Below are positions 53,514-63,310 of a stretch of 64,000 bases of DNA, in pieces; position 1 is the stretch's first letter; every line of letters starts with the position of its first letter. The DNA is from Minisyncoccota bacterium (GTDB lineage: Bacteria > Patescibacteriota > Minisyncoccia > Phycocordibacterales > UBA6065), in assembly GCA_041661645.1 (NCBI GenBank), contig JBAZUA010000001.1, forward strand, positions 125,074-189,073, read 5' to 3'. The notes beneath the pieces are model-generated. The model did not search any database and was not told the origin of the DNA. It worked only from the letters and a program-made list of their open reading frames with translations. The position numbers were made by a program, and so were the translations under genes.

Positions 53514-53921
53514 TTATTGCTTCGTCACGATTCGCAGATAATGGCTGACTGACTCGCACGGGACGATGTTGCCGTCGAAGGTAAGCGCGCCGTTGACCTC
53601 GACCGTCATGCCCTTCTTGAGATCGGAGGGCGATGCCGTGGTCGCCTTGGCCGCACAGAGCTGGGCACCCCGAGATGGGATGGAAACGATCGCCTCGTTG
53701 CCGTTTGTCTCACGTATGGTCACGAGATACGGCCCATCGTACATCGCCTTCTCGACATTCACATCCGTAACGGTGCCGCGAACGACCATATTGCTGACCT
53801 CGGCCGACAGGTCGGGCACGGACGAGTCAGTCCCAACGGCGCCCCGCTCGAGCAGTACGAGGCTGACGCCCGAAACAACTATCACGGCTACAAGGGCAAT
53901 GGCGAATTTTTTCATACCCAT
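53514..53921 (-). CDS. Secreted hypothetical protein (OB-fold-like)
   Basis: Signal or TM helix; DGPYLV; Cys pair. Confidence 0.7.
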   Translation of the reverse strand: MGMKKFAIALVAVIVVSGVSLVLLERGAVGTDSSVPDLSAEVSNMVVRGTVTDVNVEKAMYDGPYLVTIRETNGNEAIVSIPSRGAQLCAAKATTASPSDLKKGMTVEVNGALTFDGNIVPCESVSHYLRIVTKQ

Positions 53922-53949
53922 AAGTATACACCCCTCGCCCGCCTATCTT

Positions 53950-54351
53950 TTATTTAAACTCGACCTGAAAGGGGTACATTCCCATGCCACAGCTTCCCTG
54001 GAGAGTTGATGTGCCCTGGATGCCCAGGTCTATGTCGGTCGAACCCGACTGGGGGAGAATCCTGCTTATGCCCATGCTCGGGATCCGCACGGACGACGAG
54101 CAGTCGAACGTGCCCTTGGTGTTGAACCTGATCACGGTCGGGATGCCTGCCTTTGCGACGCTCGCTCGCGGCTGATATCCGCCGCGGGCCCATATCTCGA
54201 CGATCTGCTTGCCATCGACGACGCTGACATTGTTGGCATAGGCGTCCGAGCCCTGTCCCTCACCGCCGGCCGACTTCCCCGCCTGTATGAACGCGAAGGC
54301 CCCGCCGATGAGGACGACCGCGACGAGACCGGCGATGAGATTTGCTTTCAT
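53950..54351 (-). CDS. Cupredoxin-domain protein
   Basis: GGYQP, DCSS, SCGMGMY. Confidence 0.88.
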   Translation of the reverse strand: MKANLIAGLVAVVLIGGAFAFIQAGKSAGGEGQGSDAYANNVSVVDGKQIVEIWARGGYQPRASVAKAGIPTVIRFNTKGTFDCSSSVRIPSMGISRILPQSGSTDIDLGIQGTSTLQGSCGMGMYPFQVEFK

Positions 54352-54378
54352 GGATGTAAGTATACTAAATAAATTCGC

Positions 54379-55416
54379 CTAAAAATTGAATACCGGCGGG
54401 ATGAGGCCAATGACCACGAGGCTATTGATGACATTGAAGAGCGCAAACAGGATGACGATGAGGCCGGCTGCCTTGAAGAAGACTCCCGCCTTCGGGCTGC
54501 CCTTGACGCTGATCGAGCTAAAGCTCACGAGTGCAAGAACGGGCAAGGTTCCCAGGGCGAAGGCGAGCATGGTCAGTCCTCCGGCGAAGAAGCTTCCCGT
54601 CGACAGGGTATAGAGCTGCATCGACTGGGTGAAGCCGCACGGCAGGAAAAACGTGGCGATGCCGACCAGAAGCGGAGTGAGCGTGTGATTGAGTCTGGCC
54701 ATGCCGTGCGCTCTACGGGCAATGAATTCGGGCATCGAAGGCTGAAGTCTCTTGGCCCACGGAAACACATCGAGCAGATTGATGCCCAGGATGAGCATGA
54801 CGATTCCGATGACGAGGCTCAAGGCGAATGTCGCCGAAGCGCTGAGGGTAAATGCCGCTCCAAGGGCGCCGATGATACCGCCAAGCACAAAGAACGAGAC
54901 AAGGCGGCCGCCATGGAACATGAGCTGGGGCCTGACCCTATCACCTTCCCTGGCGAAAGTTGCCGACATCGAGAGCACGAGCCCACCAACCACTGCCATG
55001 CAGGTCGAGAGCGATGCGATGATGCCGATGACGAACGCCGTGCCATAGGTCACGTTGCCCGAGGAGACGAGGTTGACCAGGCCAGCCTTCTGCAATGCCA
55101 CAAAGAGCACCGCGAAGCCAAGAGCTATGGGTAGGGCGATCTTGAAGTCAGACAACTTCGCCCCGACAGCATCGTGTCTCTCGACAGATAAGGCGTACCC
55201 ATGCGGCTTGAGCAGAATCGAAAGCTCATCAGCAATCTGCTCGGCACCCCGTTCGCCGAAGTCACCGACGATCTCGACTGAATTATTCTTGAGGCTGGAT
55301 TTGACCGAGGACACATGAGGCAGATCGCCTATCTCGCTCTCGGTCATGAGCACGCACGCATTGCAATGCATTCCGCTCACATGAAATACGTACTTCTGTG
55401 GATTGTTCTTGTTCAT
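54379..55416 (-). CDS. HMA domain + DsbD_2/TauE-like membrane protein
   Basis: GMHCNAC, STCMAVVGG, FFLPCGFTQ, FALGTLP; TAATG overlap with the copA stop. Confidence 0.9.
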   Translation of the reverse strand: MNKNNPQKYVFHVSGMHCNACVLMTESEIGDLPHVSSVKSSLKNNSVEIVGDFGERGAEQIADELSILLKPHGYALSVERHDAVGAKLSDFKIALPIALGFAVLFVALQKAGLVNLVSSGNVTYGTAFVIGIIASLSTCMAVVGGLVLSMSATFAREGDRVRPQLMFHGGRLVSFFVLGGIIGALGAAFTLSASATFALSLVIGIVMLILGINLLDVFPWAKRLQPSMPEFIARRAHGMARLNHTLTPLLVGIATFFLPCGFTQSMQLYTLSTGSFFAGGLTMLAFALGTLPVLALVSFSSISVKGSPKAGVFFKAAGLIVILFALFNVINSLVVIGLIPPVFNF

Positions 55417-57703
55417 TATAGTTTCTGAGCTTTTATCCGAAGGGAGTTGGAGACCACCGACACGCTCGAAAGGGCCATGGCCAAACCTGCAAAGACGGGG
55501 TTCAGAAGCCACCCGAAAACGGGATAGAAGGCTCCCGCGGCGAGAGGTATGCCGATCACATTGTACGCGAAGGCCCAGAAGAGGTTCTGCTTTATGCCCC
55601 TCATAGTGACCTTCGATAGCCTGATCGCCTTGACCACCTTGGACACGTCGCCGCCGAGCAGGGTGATGCCCGCGGATTCGATGGCAACATCCGTCCCCGT
55701 TCCCATGGCGATGCCGACATCGGCCTGGGCGAGGGCGGGGGCGTCGTTCACGCCGTCACCAGCCATGGCGACGATGTGGCCAACTGCCTGCAACTCCTGT
55801 ATCTTTGCCAATTTATCCTGTGGCAACACATGTGCGACAACGTCGTCGATGCCGACGAGCGACGCTATGTGCCGAGCCGCCTTTTCATCGTCTCCCGTGA
55901 GCATGATCACCCTGATGCCGAGCGCATGAAGGTCGCTCACGGCCTTCTTTGACTCCGCCTTCACCTCGTCAGAGACCATGACGAATCCGAGCACCCTCTC
56001 CTTGGCGGCGAGGATGACGGGTGTCTTTCCCTGTGCCGTGAAGCGCTCTATATTTGAGGCATCAAAGACGAGGCCTAAATCTGTCACGAGCTTTGCGTTT
56101 CCGGCATAGTACTCGATGCCGTCGACCGAGCCCTTGATTCCCCTGCCCTGAAGACCCTCAAAATCCGAAACATCTTTGACCCCCACGCTCTTGCCTCGGG
56201 CATAGCTGACGATGGCATGGGCGATAGGATGCTCTGACTTGGCCTCGAGCGAGGCGAGCACGGACACGAGATCGTCGCCCTTCATGTCAGAGAGTACCTC
56301 TATGTCCACAAGCGTCGGCTTGCCAACGGTGATGGTGCCCGTCTTGTCGACGATGACCACATCTACCTGATGGAGCTTCTCGAGGGTGGCCGCGTCCTTG
56401 ATGAGAATGCCTTCCTTTGCACCCTTGCCTACCCCGACGATGATTGCGGTCGGTGTGGCGAGGCCCAGGGCGCAGGGGCAAGCTATGACCAAGATACCCA
56501 CGAATGACATCAGGCCGTATGAGAGAGCCTGGGAAAAGCCGAGCGGGCCAATGCCGAACAGAAGCCATGCGCCGAGCGTGACAAAGGCGAGGACGAGCAC
56601 GATAGGAACGAAGATGCCCGATATCTTATCGGCAAGGGCCTGAATCGGAGCCTTGCTGCCCTGCGCGTTCTCGACCATCTTGATGATCTGTGCGAGCAAT
56701 GTCTCGGAACCGACCTTGGTTGCCTTGAATGAGAACGACCCGCTCGTGTTCATTGTGCCGGCAACGACTGAATCGCCCACCTTCTTCTGTGCGGGCATCG
56801 GCTCGCCCGTTACCATGGACTCGTCGACGAAGGACGAACCGAGGCTGATGACGCCATCGACGGGGATCTTTGCCCCAGGCTTCATGATGATGACATCGCC
56901 GTGACGAACGTCGTTCACCGAGATTTCTACTTCCACGCCATCGCGGACGACGAGCGCGGTCTTGGCCTGCAGATTGAGAAGCTTCTCGATGGCGTCTCCC
57001 GTCTTGACCTTTGACCTCGCCTCGAGATACTTCCCGAGGGCGATGAAGGTGATGACGACGATGGTGACGTCATAGTATGTGTATTCGACGTTTATGAAAG
57101 GCTTGAGCGGTCCCTCGAAGGCGGTGACGACGAAGCTGTAGAGATATGCGGCCAGGGTTCCGATGCCTATGAGGGTGTCCATGTTCGCCCTGCCGTGACG
57201 GAGGAAGCGATACACGCCGAGGAGATACGGCTTGCCCACCACGAAAAGCACGTAGGTTGCCATGATCGGCAGGAGATGATGGAAGAATTCGCTCGTGACA
57301 AGACTCATCTCGGGGACGGACTGGTACTGGGCCAATATGTCCCATGCCATGACGAACACGCTGACGAGGGCGAGCGGCGCCGCAGAGATCACCTTTGACC
57401 CCATGTCTCGAATCTCGGCAAACTTCTCCTTCTTTGACTGGTTCGCGCCCGTATGTGCAGCATGCTCGTCTGGGGACATGCCCATATCCTCGGCAGAGGC
57501 CACGAGAGAATATCCGAGCGTCTCCACTTTATCCGAAGGGCCTGATGGTCCGTCTTGGCATGATCGAACGTCACCCTTGCAGACTCCGTACCGTAATTGA
57601 CCTCGGCGGAATGAACGCCATCGACCTTTTTCAGGGTCTTCTCGATGATGCCGGCGCACGAGGCGCAGTGCATGCCCCGTATCTTGTATGTTCGGGTTTT
57701 CAT
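55416..57703 (-). CDS. copA: Cu(I)-translocating P1B-ATPase with a frameshift near 57527-57540
   Basis: HMA GMHCASC from ATG 57703 is in one frame; [33 protein letters not shown] and MALSS are in the -1 frame. Confidence 0.9.
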
Positions 57704-57707
57704 ATGA

Positions 57708-57983
57708 TTACTTTCGCTTGAGCTTATAGACCTTGAGTATCTCCTGCTTGGCCTTCTCGGCCTGACCCTCGGCAACCTGCCTCAGCACGCAGCCGCTTAG
57801 GTGATTCTCGAGGAGCAGGTCCTCCACGTTCGAGAGGCCCTGCTTGACCGCTGACGTCTGGGCGATGACGTCGATGCAATAGGTGTCATTCTCGATCATC
57901 TTCTGGAGGCCGCGGACCTGGCCCTCGATGAGCCTGAGGCGTCTGACCAGCTTGTCTCGGCCGATATCGTTCATGTATTTCAT
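57708..57983 (-). CDS. csoR: CsoR-family copper-sensing repressor
   Basis: RLRLIEGQVRGLQKMI, YCIDV, HLSGC. Confidence 0.93.
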   Translation of the reverse strand: MKYMNDIGRDKLVRRLRLIEGQVRGLQKMIENDTYCIDVIAQTSAVKQGLSNVEDLLLENHLSGCVLRQVAEGQAEKAKQEILKVYKLKRK

Positions 57984-57989
57984 ATGCCC

Positions 57990-58019
57990 AGTGTATACCC
58001 CCTAGGGGGTATACGTCAA
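57990..58019 (-). promoter_or_regulatory. csoR-copA promoter with a 22-bp CsoR-type operator
   Basis: Perfect palindrome gtataccccct|agggggtatac at 57993-58014, spanning TTGACG-18-TACACT. Confidence 0.9.
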
Positions 58020-58046
58020 GCGCCCCTCCCACCCCTTCTCCCGTGA

Positions 58047-58649
58047 CTATTCCCTGTCGGCGAACACCACGAATCGATTGGAGTAACTTTTCGCCGCCTT
58101 GTTCCAAATCCCCCCGCAGGTGATGAGGTTGAGGTGAGCCTTTCCATCATTCGAGGCAAACACCGCCGAGGCGTCCTCATGCTCTCCATAATTCTTGGTT
58201 GCACGCACCACGAAGACGACGGTCGTGCCGTCGCCCCTGTCAAAATATATTTTGTCGCCAGGGGAGAGCTTGCTCAGATGGTCGAATACCGCCGGTATCC
58301 CGTCCTTCCATCCAAAATGCCCGTCGATGACGGCGCTGCCCTTCTCGCCCGGCCGCGGACCCTTGTCAAACCATCCCAGGGTGCTTGGTCCCTTGGGCGC
58401 GCCAAGCGATCCGTCGGGATACAGTCCGACGGGTTCGACGACGGCATTGACGGCAATGCTCGGAATCCTGAGACGGACTCCATATTCCCTGTTCAAAGGC
58501 TTCGTCGACGAGGCGACGGCGGAAGACGGAACGGGGGCAGAAATCGCGAGTGACTCGGGCAGGATGGCGCTGACGGACGAGGACGCCACGGCACCCATGC
58601 CGACGAAGAGCGTCATCAATTTAACCACGTGAATCCATAGTGTCGTCAT
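58047..58649 (-). CDS. Class F sortase
   Basis: RLRIPSI, PGEKGSAVIDGH, LITCGG, YSNRFVVFA (His/Cys/Arg triad). Confidence 0.92.
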   Translation of the reverse strand: MTTLWIHVVKLMTLFVGMGAVASSSVSAILPESLAISAPVPSSAVASSTKPLNREYGVRLRIPSIAVNAVVEPVGLYPDGSLGAPKGPSTLGWFDKGPRPGEKGSAVIDGHFGWKDGIPAVFDHLSKLSPGDKIYFDRGDGTTVVFVVRATKNYGEHEDASAVFASNDGKAHLNLITCGGIWNKAAKSYSNRFVVFADRE

Positions 58650-58664
58650 ATCTATTTTTTCTCC

Positions 58665-59501
58665 TTAGTACAATAAAAGAAACTGATGCCAGAATCGAGA
58701 CAGTGCGGCAAGGACGCTCACCGGCAAGGCAAAAGCCTCGCCAGTAGTCGTGGAAGAAGAAACGCCCGCACTGGTCGAGGTAGCCATCTTTGCCACAGGC
58801 GCGGGTGACAGAGACGCGGTCCCCATCGGCACGGCATCAGTGAACACCACGAGCCTCTGAGGGTAGCTGTTGTTGACCTTGTTCCAGACGCCATCGCAGG
58901 TGATGAGGTTGAGATGGGCCATGCCATCGCTCGATGTAAAGACCGTCGTCGCATCTGCGTTTCGGTCAAACAGCTCGGTCGACCTGACGACGAAGGCGAT
59001 GGTGTCCCCTTTATCGTCCTCCACATACACCTTGTCGCCGACCACGAGCCTATCGAGCTTGTAAAAGACGAACGGCACGCCACCCCTTATGCCGAAATGC
59101 CCGCCGATGACGGCGCTTCCTTCCCTGCCCGGATGGGGGCCGAGGGCAAACCAGGCGACGTTCAGTGAACCCTCGGGCACGTCCATCCTGCCGTCTGGCG
59201 TGACAAGGGCATCCTCGATGGTGGAATCGACGCCGATTGCCGGAATCTTGAGGCGAAGAGGAAGACCTTGAGACGTCGCCTTGGGGTCACGAACCTCGGA
59301 ATACGCCAGAGGACCGCCCTTTGATCCCGTGAGCGGAAACTTTGCCACGGGGAATCTCCAGCCAAAGAGGCTGTCAGATATGACTGCCAGACGGGCGCCC
59401 TGGTCGGACTTCGGTGACAGCAAGACGTATGAGGCAACTCCCGCGATGCCCAGACACAAGACCGTCGTCACTATGAGCTTTGATTTCATTTTCATGGGCA
59501 T
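58665..59501 (-). CDS. Class F sortase with a Ser/Thr-rich C-terminal tail
   Basis: PLRLKIPAIGVD, PGREGSAVIGGH, LITCDG, YPQRLVVF. Confidence 0.92.
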   Translation of the reverse strand: MPMKMKSKLIVTTVLCLGIAGVASYVLLSPKSDQGARLAVISDSLFGWRFPVAKFPLTGSKGGPLAYSEVRDPKATSQGLPLRLKIPAIGVDSTIEDALVTPDGRMDVPEGSLNVAWFALGPHPGREGSAVIGGHFGIRGGVPFVFYKLDRLVVGDKVYVEDDKGDTIAFVVRSTELFDRNADATTVFTSSDGMAHLNLITCDGVWNKVNNSYPQRLVVFTDAVPMGTASLSPAPVAKMATSTSAGVSSSTTTGEAFALPVSVLAALSRFWHQFLLLY

Positions 59502-59512
59502 TAATGACTAAG

Positions 59513-60034
59513 CTAAGGCCTTTCCCCGACAGCCTCGTCGGCGACGTCCGCGTCGGCATCGGCCTTTGTGGCATGCACCCGGCCGTCAATGTGATTGGGA
59601 GGGGCATAGACGGTGTATATCTTCATATCCTGCGCGCCCGTGTTTATGAAGTTGTGCTCAGTGCCCGGCACCACGACCACCACGTCGCCGGGATTGATCG
59701 AAAAGGTCTTGCCGTCGAGAATCCCCTCGCCCGTTCCCGACAGAAAGAAGAGTGTCTGCTCGGTATACCTGTGGGTCTCGGATCCCACCTCGCCTCCGGG
59801 AGGGATACTCATGACGACAAGCTGGCTCTTCTGTCCGGTGAACAGGACTCGGCGGAAGTCCGCATTGTCCCGCGCCGCCCTGACAATGTTCCCTTGATAG
59901 CTCATGCGTCGAACAGGGTTATCGTCGATGGGCGAGGAGTTCCTGATGATGAATGCCGAGGCGAGGGCGAGCGCCGCGATGCCGCCGAGACAGAGATACC
60001 ATCGACGAGACAGGCGTAATGTGTTTGATTTCAT
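59513..60034 (-). CDS. Cupin domain protein, possibly with an N-terminal TM/signal segment
   Basis: FRRVLFTG..SQLVVMSI, ETH, PGTEHNFIN, YTVYAPPNH; alternative start at 59905. Confidence 0.88.
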   Translation of the reverse strand: MKSNTLRLSRRWYLCLGGIAALALASAFIIRNSSPIDDNPVRRMSYQGNIVRAARDNADFRRVLFTGQKSQLVVMSIPPGGEVGSETHRYTEQTLFFLSGTGEGILDGKTFSINPGDVVVVVPGTEHNFINTGAQDMKIYTVYAPPNHIDGRVHATKADADADVADEAVGERP

Positions 60035-60116
60035 TTTTTTAAAGGTGCATAAGCCAAAGGCCCCGCCTTGGCGGGGCCTTTCCTGCCCGAGGGCCAAGCA
60101 TGAGGCTAATGCGAGA

Positions 60117-61487
60117 CTATGCCGAGCGCTTCCTGAGTGATACGACCGCGACCGAAACGATCGCGAGGCTGCCGAGGATCATGACGATGCTCCAGAGATT
60201 GCCCATCCCCTGTGGGGCGAATCCCGTGTTCGGGAAGCGAGGGACAATCACGTTATTCACAGCAACCGTAGTGGTCGAGATCGGGAGGATTGCAGAGGCG
60301 ACCGAGGTCGTGACCGTCGTGGTGGCGGCAGAAACCCTGTTCCTGCTGTTGCCACTGCTGCTGCCACTTCCACCGCTTGGTGGCAACGTCGCGATGTCAG
60401 TGTTGGTGATAGTACAGGTCACGTCCTGGCTCGAGGTCAGGTTGACGATGCCGCTTGAGTCGCAGGCGCCGCTGAACGTCGCCGCATATACCCCGTTGAG
60501 GCTCTCGCTCACCACATAGGTGCCCGCGGAGAGCGTGTACGAGATTCCCGGGGCTATCGTCCCGACCCGAGGGCTTCCCGCGACGCTTATCCCGGAACTC
60601 TTCACGTCGAGGGTGAAGTCAGAGGAAGTTGCTATGTTTCCGTGGAGGTTCGATACGACCTTCACGATGTGAAGCGTCGCCGGTGCCGCGGCGCCCGACA
60701 CGATGTTCGCGTCGAGGGTCACGCCCGTCTGTGCGAGCGCCTTTCCGTAAAGCACCGCGCCAGTCTGTATGATGACCTGCTTCGAGCTCAAGATGGTTCC
60801 GTTGAACGTGGAGTACGTTCCCAAGGTCGCTCCCGTGAGTCCGCCAACCTGCCAGAAGACGTTTCCGGCCTGGGCACCTCCCGCGAGGATGACTTTGATA
60901 CCCGTAGGCACGCTGCCGCCCGAGGCGATGCTGAGGTTTCCGGCGATCTGGAATATCCAGACATCCGTCGCGCTACCATGCAGGGTCACGCTTGTCGGTA
61001 TGGTGACGTCCGTAGCCCACTTGTACAAGCCTGGGGCGAATGTCTGTCCGCCGATGTTTCCGGCATAGAGCTCGGTGCCGTCTGGCAAAGTCCTGCCTGC
61101 GGCATCGGTGTATGCGGTGCCCATGTCGAGCACGGCGTTATCGATGAGGGTCTTGTTCGAGAGAGGCGGATTACCGGCATAACAAGTCTGGCTGCCGCTG
61201 CCCGTGTAGAGGGCATCAACGCCGTATATGGTGCCAGTTATCTCGGAACAGAACACATTGTCCATGGCCGCGCCGGTGATTGGGCTCGAACCGATATCAC
61301 CCGTTATCGCCGACGTATGGCTTCCCGTGTTGGTGATGCCGGTCTTAGATATTATGACGAAGTTCCCTGCCGTCAGGAGGTCCACCGCAGCCGGGCCGGC
61401 CGCAAGCGCGCCGAGAGGCAAGGTGATGCCTGCAACGAAAAGAGAGGCCGCTAGTATGAGTAGCGAGCCCTTGTTAAGGGGGTTCAT
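60117..61487 (-). CDS. Ice-binding (DUF3494) surface protein with a sorting signal
   Basis: Signal peptide; TAYTDAAGR, PGLYKW, VWIFQI, NVFWQV, GKALAQTGVTLDAN; beta-sandwich ending CTITNTD; FPNTG + TM + RKR. Confidence 0.92.
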   Translation of the reverse strand: MNPLNKGSLLILAASLFVAGITLPLGALAAGPAAVDLLTAGNFVIISKTGITNTGSHTSAITGDIGSSPITGAAMDNVFCSEITGTIYGVDALYTGSGSQTCYAGNPPLSNKTLIDNAVLDMGTAYTDAAGRTLPDGTELYAGNIGGQTFAPGLYKWATDVTIPTSVTLHGSATDVWIFQIAGNLSIASGGSVPTGIKVILAGGAQAGNVFWQVGGLTGATLGTYSTFNGTILSSKQVIIQTGAVLYGKALAQTGVTLDANIVSGAAAPATLHIVKVVSNLHGNIATSSDFTLDVKSSGISVAGSPRVGTIAPGISYTLSAGTYVVSESLNGVYAATFSGACDSSGIVNLTSSQDVTCTITNTDIATLPPSGGSGSSSGNSRNRVSAATTTVTTSVASAILPISTTTVAVNNVIVPRFPNTGFAPQGMGNLWSIVMILGSLAIVSVAVVSLRKRSA

Positions 61488-61659
61488 ATTGATTTTTGAC
61501 AAGATTATTTTATTAGATACGTCAACAGACGCGACAGATAGATGATGAAAGTTACTTTATTGTAATGGGCGAGTATGCTCGACTGAAACGCTCGCGGATT
61601 AGAGTAAGGGATACCCCTTTGTACCTTGTTTATATTATATCACGAATACCCCGTGAGGG

Positions 61660-62073
61660 TTACCTTTCGTGATCTACCCTGTTCCCTTTAAGAACGTCTA
61701 TCATTCCGACGGCCCTACTGAGGCGTCTGTACCGTGCCTTCAATTCCTCATACCCATCAGACGAGATGCCCGTCTCCTTCTCAAGCACCTCCAAGAGCGT
61801 GTTAATCGGACCGAGCGCCAGACGGGCAGGCTCTCGAACGAGATGATTCGGGGCACCCTTCGGGTCGAGGATGGTTATTGAATTGAGCTCCGCGAGGGAA
61901 TGCGTCGACTCAAACGACGCGACCATTTCCTCGAATCGGGCGACTTCTGGTCCACACTCCCGCCTCTCCTCGGGCAAAACAACCTTTTCGGGGTGTCTGG
62001 CGAGGAAATCCGCGCACAGCTCGTCACCATCCTGCTCTTCGGGGTTGGGGCCCATTTCCATGGTTTCGTTCAT
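61660..62073 (-). CDS. Hypothetical protein
   Basis: 137 aa; TGcTATGAT 6 nt before the ATG. Confidence 0.75.
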   Translation of the reverse strand: MNETMEMGPNPEEQDGDELCADFLARHPEKVVLPEERRECGPEVARFEEMVASFESTHSLAELNSITILDPKGAPNHLVREPARLALGPINTLLEVLEKETGISSDGYEELKARYRRLSRAVGMIDVLKGNRVDHER

Positions 62074-62126
62074 GGGGCAATCATAGCACGTCATGACCCG
62101 GCCTCTCCCCGACCCCTTATCGGCTC

Positions 62127-62546
62127 TTACCAGCTACCGATTATGGCGCCCATGACCGCCATGACGATGAGGGAGCACGCCGACTCGAACAGCCATAGCT
62201 TGACCGTCCTTCCCATCCAAATAACTTCGATTGATGACGATGTGACCAGAAATCCGACCCAAACCCAGATGGAGGTGATGACACCCGTCCATGCTCCTGG
62301 TCCAGCCGAAAGAGATGAAGTCGAAACAAAGGCGTACATCAGGGCCAGAACCGAGGCGGTGACAACGTTAGACAGGAGATTCCAGAGCATCTGTGGGACC
62401 ATGTCCGAGAGCTTCTCGTTCCCCGTCGGGTGGATGTTCGCGAGCCTCATCCAGAGCTTTCCCGAAATGGGTCCGTGAAAGAGGAAGCCGAGGACGAATG
62501 CGGCGACGGCCGCCGTCAGAACCGCAAGAAAATTAATGTATGGCAT
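62127..62546 (-). CDS. DUF1761-like membrane protein
   Basis: INFLAVLTAAVAAFVLG...GPISGKLW; 4 TM. Confidence 0.85.
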   Translation of the reverse strand: MPYINFLAVLTAAVAAFVLGFLFHGPISGKLWMRLANIHPTGNEKLSDMVPQMLWNLLSNVVTASVLALMYAFVSTSSLSAGPGAWTGVITSIWVWVGFLVTSSSIEVIWMGRTVKLWLFESACSLIVMAVMGAIIGSW

Positions 62547-62631
62547 ATATATATGTGAAATTAAGTCACTGTAAAGTATATCAAAAATACCCCATAGACA
62601 AGAAAAGCCGACTGAGTATAGTGGATATCAG

Positions 62632-63225
62632 ATGAGAACCAAAAACAGCAATCCCGGCCAGTTCACCCTAGGAAAGAACCTTGACCCCATACTCTGCCTC
62701 TACTTCCAGGCAAATCACCTCAAACAGCTCTATCGACAGGGCTGGATACGGGCGGGACGAGACGTGCCCGAGTCCCAGTGCGAGAGCGTCGCCGACCACA
62801 ACTTCGGAATGTCGCTTCTCTCGCTCTTCGTCTGTGACCTGTATTTCCCCCACCTCGACCGCATGAAAGTCGTGAGCATGTGCCTTGTCCACGAGCTCGG
62901 AGAAATCGCCAACGGCGACCCTCCACCAGCCAAGGACCAGGCCCTTCAAATGAAGAAGGTCGAGATGGAGAGACAGTCAATCACCCTGCTCCTCAGGGAC
63001 CTGCCCGGAGGGGATAGATACCTTAGCCTGTGGGAGGAATTCGAGAGGAACGAGACTCCCGAGGCCAGGCTCGTCAAAGAGCTAGACAAGTTCGAGATGG
63101 CTATTCAGGCGAAGATATACTCCCTTCAGCACGGCAAGGACCTGCAGGAGTTCATCTCCTATGTCAGGTCATGCCTCGACTCAAAGGAGCTGATTCGGCT
63201 GTTGAACCAAATTGAGAGCATGTAG
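62632..63225 (+). CDS. HD-domain phosphohydrolase (HDDC2/YfbR-like)
   Basis: LKQLYRQGW, ESVADH, VHELGE, EARLVKELDKFEM. Confidence 0.9.
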   Translation: MRTKNSNPGQFTLGKNLDPILCLYFQANHLKQLYRQGWIRAGRDVPESQCESVADHNFGMSLLSLFVCDLYFPHLDRMKVVSMCLVHELGEIANGDPPPAKDQALQMKKVEMERQSITLLLRDLPGGDRYLSLWEEFERNETPEARLVKELDKFEMAIQAKIYSLQHGKDLQEFISYVRSCLDSKELIRLLNQIESM

Positions 63226-63235
63226 AGGCCAGGAA

Positions 63236-63265
63236 GACCGCGACAGGAATGTCGCGGTTTTTTAT
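63236..63265 (+). terminator. Intrinsic terminator
   Basis: accgcgaca-ggaa-tgtcgcggt followed by a T-run. Confidence 0.85.
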
Positions 63266-63310
63266 TTCAAAAATTGAGAGGTGGATATCAATAAAAAAAT
63301 CCCCTGCCTT

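Noticed and set aside
547-61454. Many long antisense or alternative-frame ORFs (e.g. 547-1293, 2929-4116, 5407-6273, 13238-14038, 52119-53054, 60642-61454)
   Set aside because: They shadow well-supported genes on the opposite strand, are expected from GC-rich codon bias, and show no protein motifs.
61606-61620. aagggatacccctt as a second CsoR operator
   Set aside because: Only a partial G/C-tract match with the wrong symmetry relative to the 57993-58014 operator.
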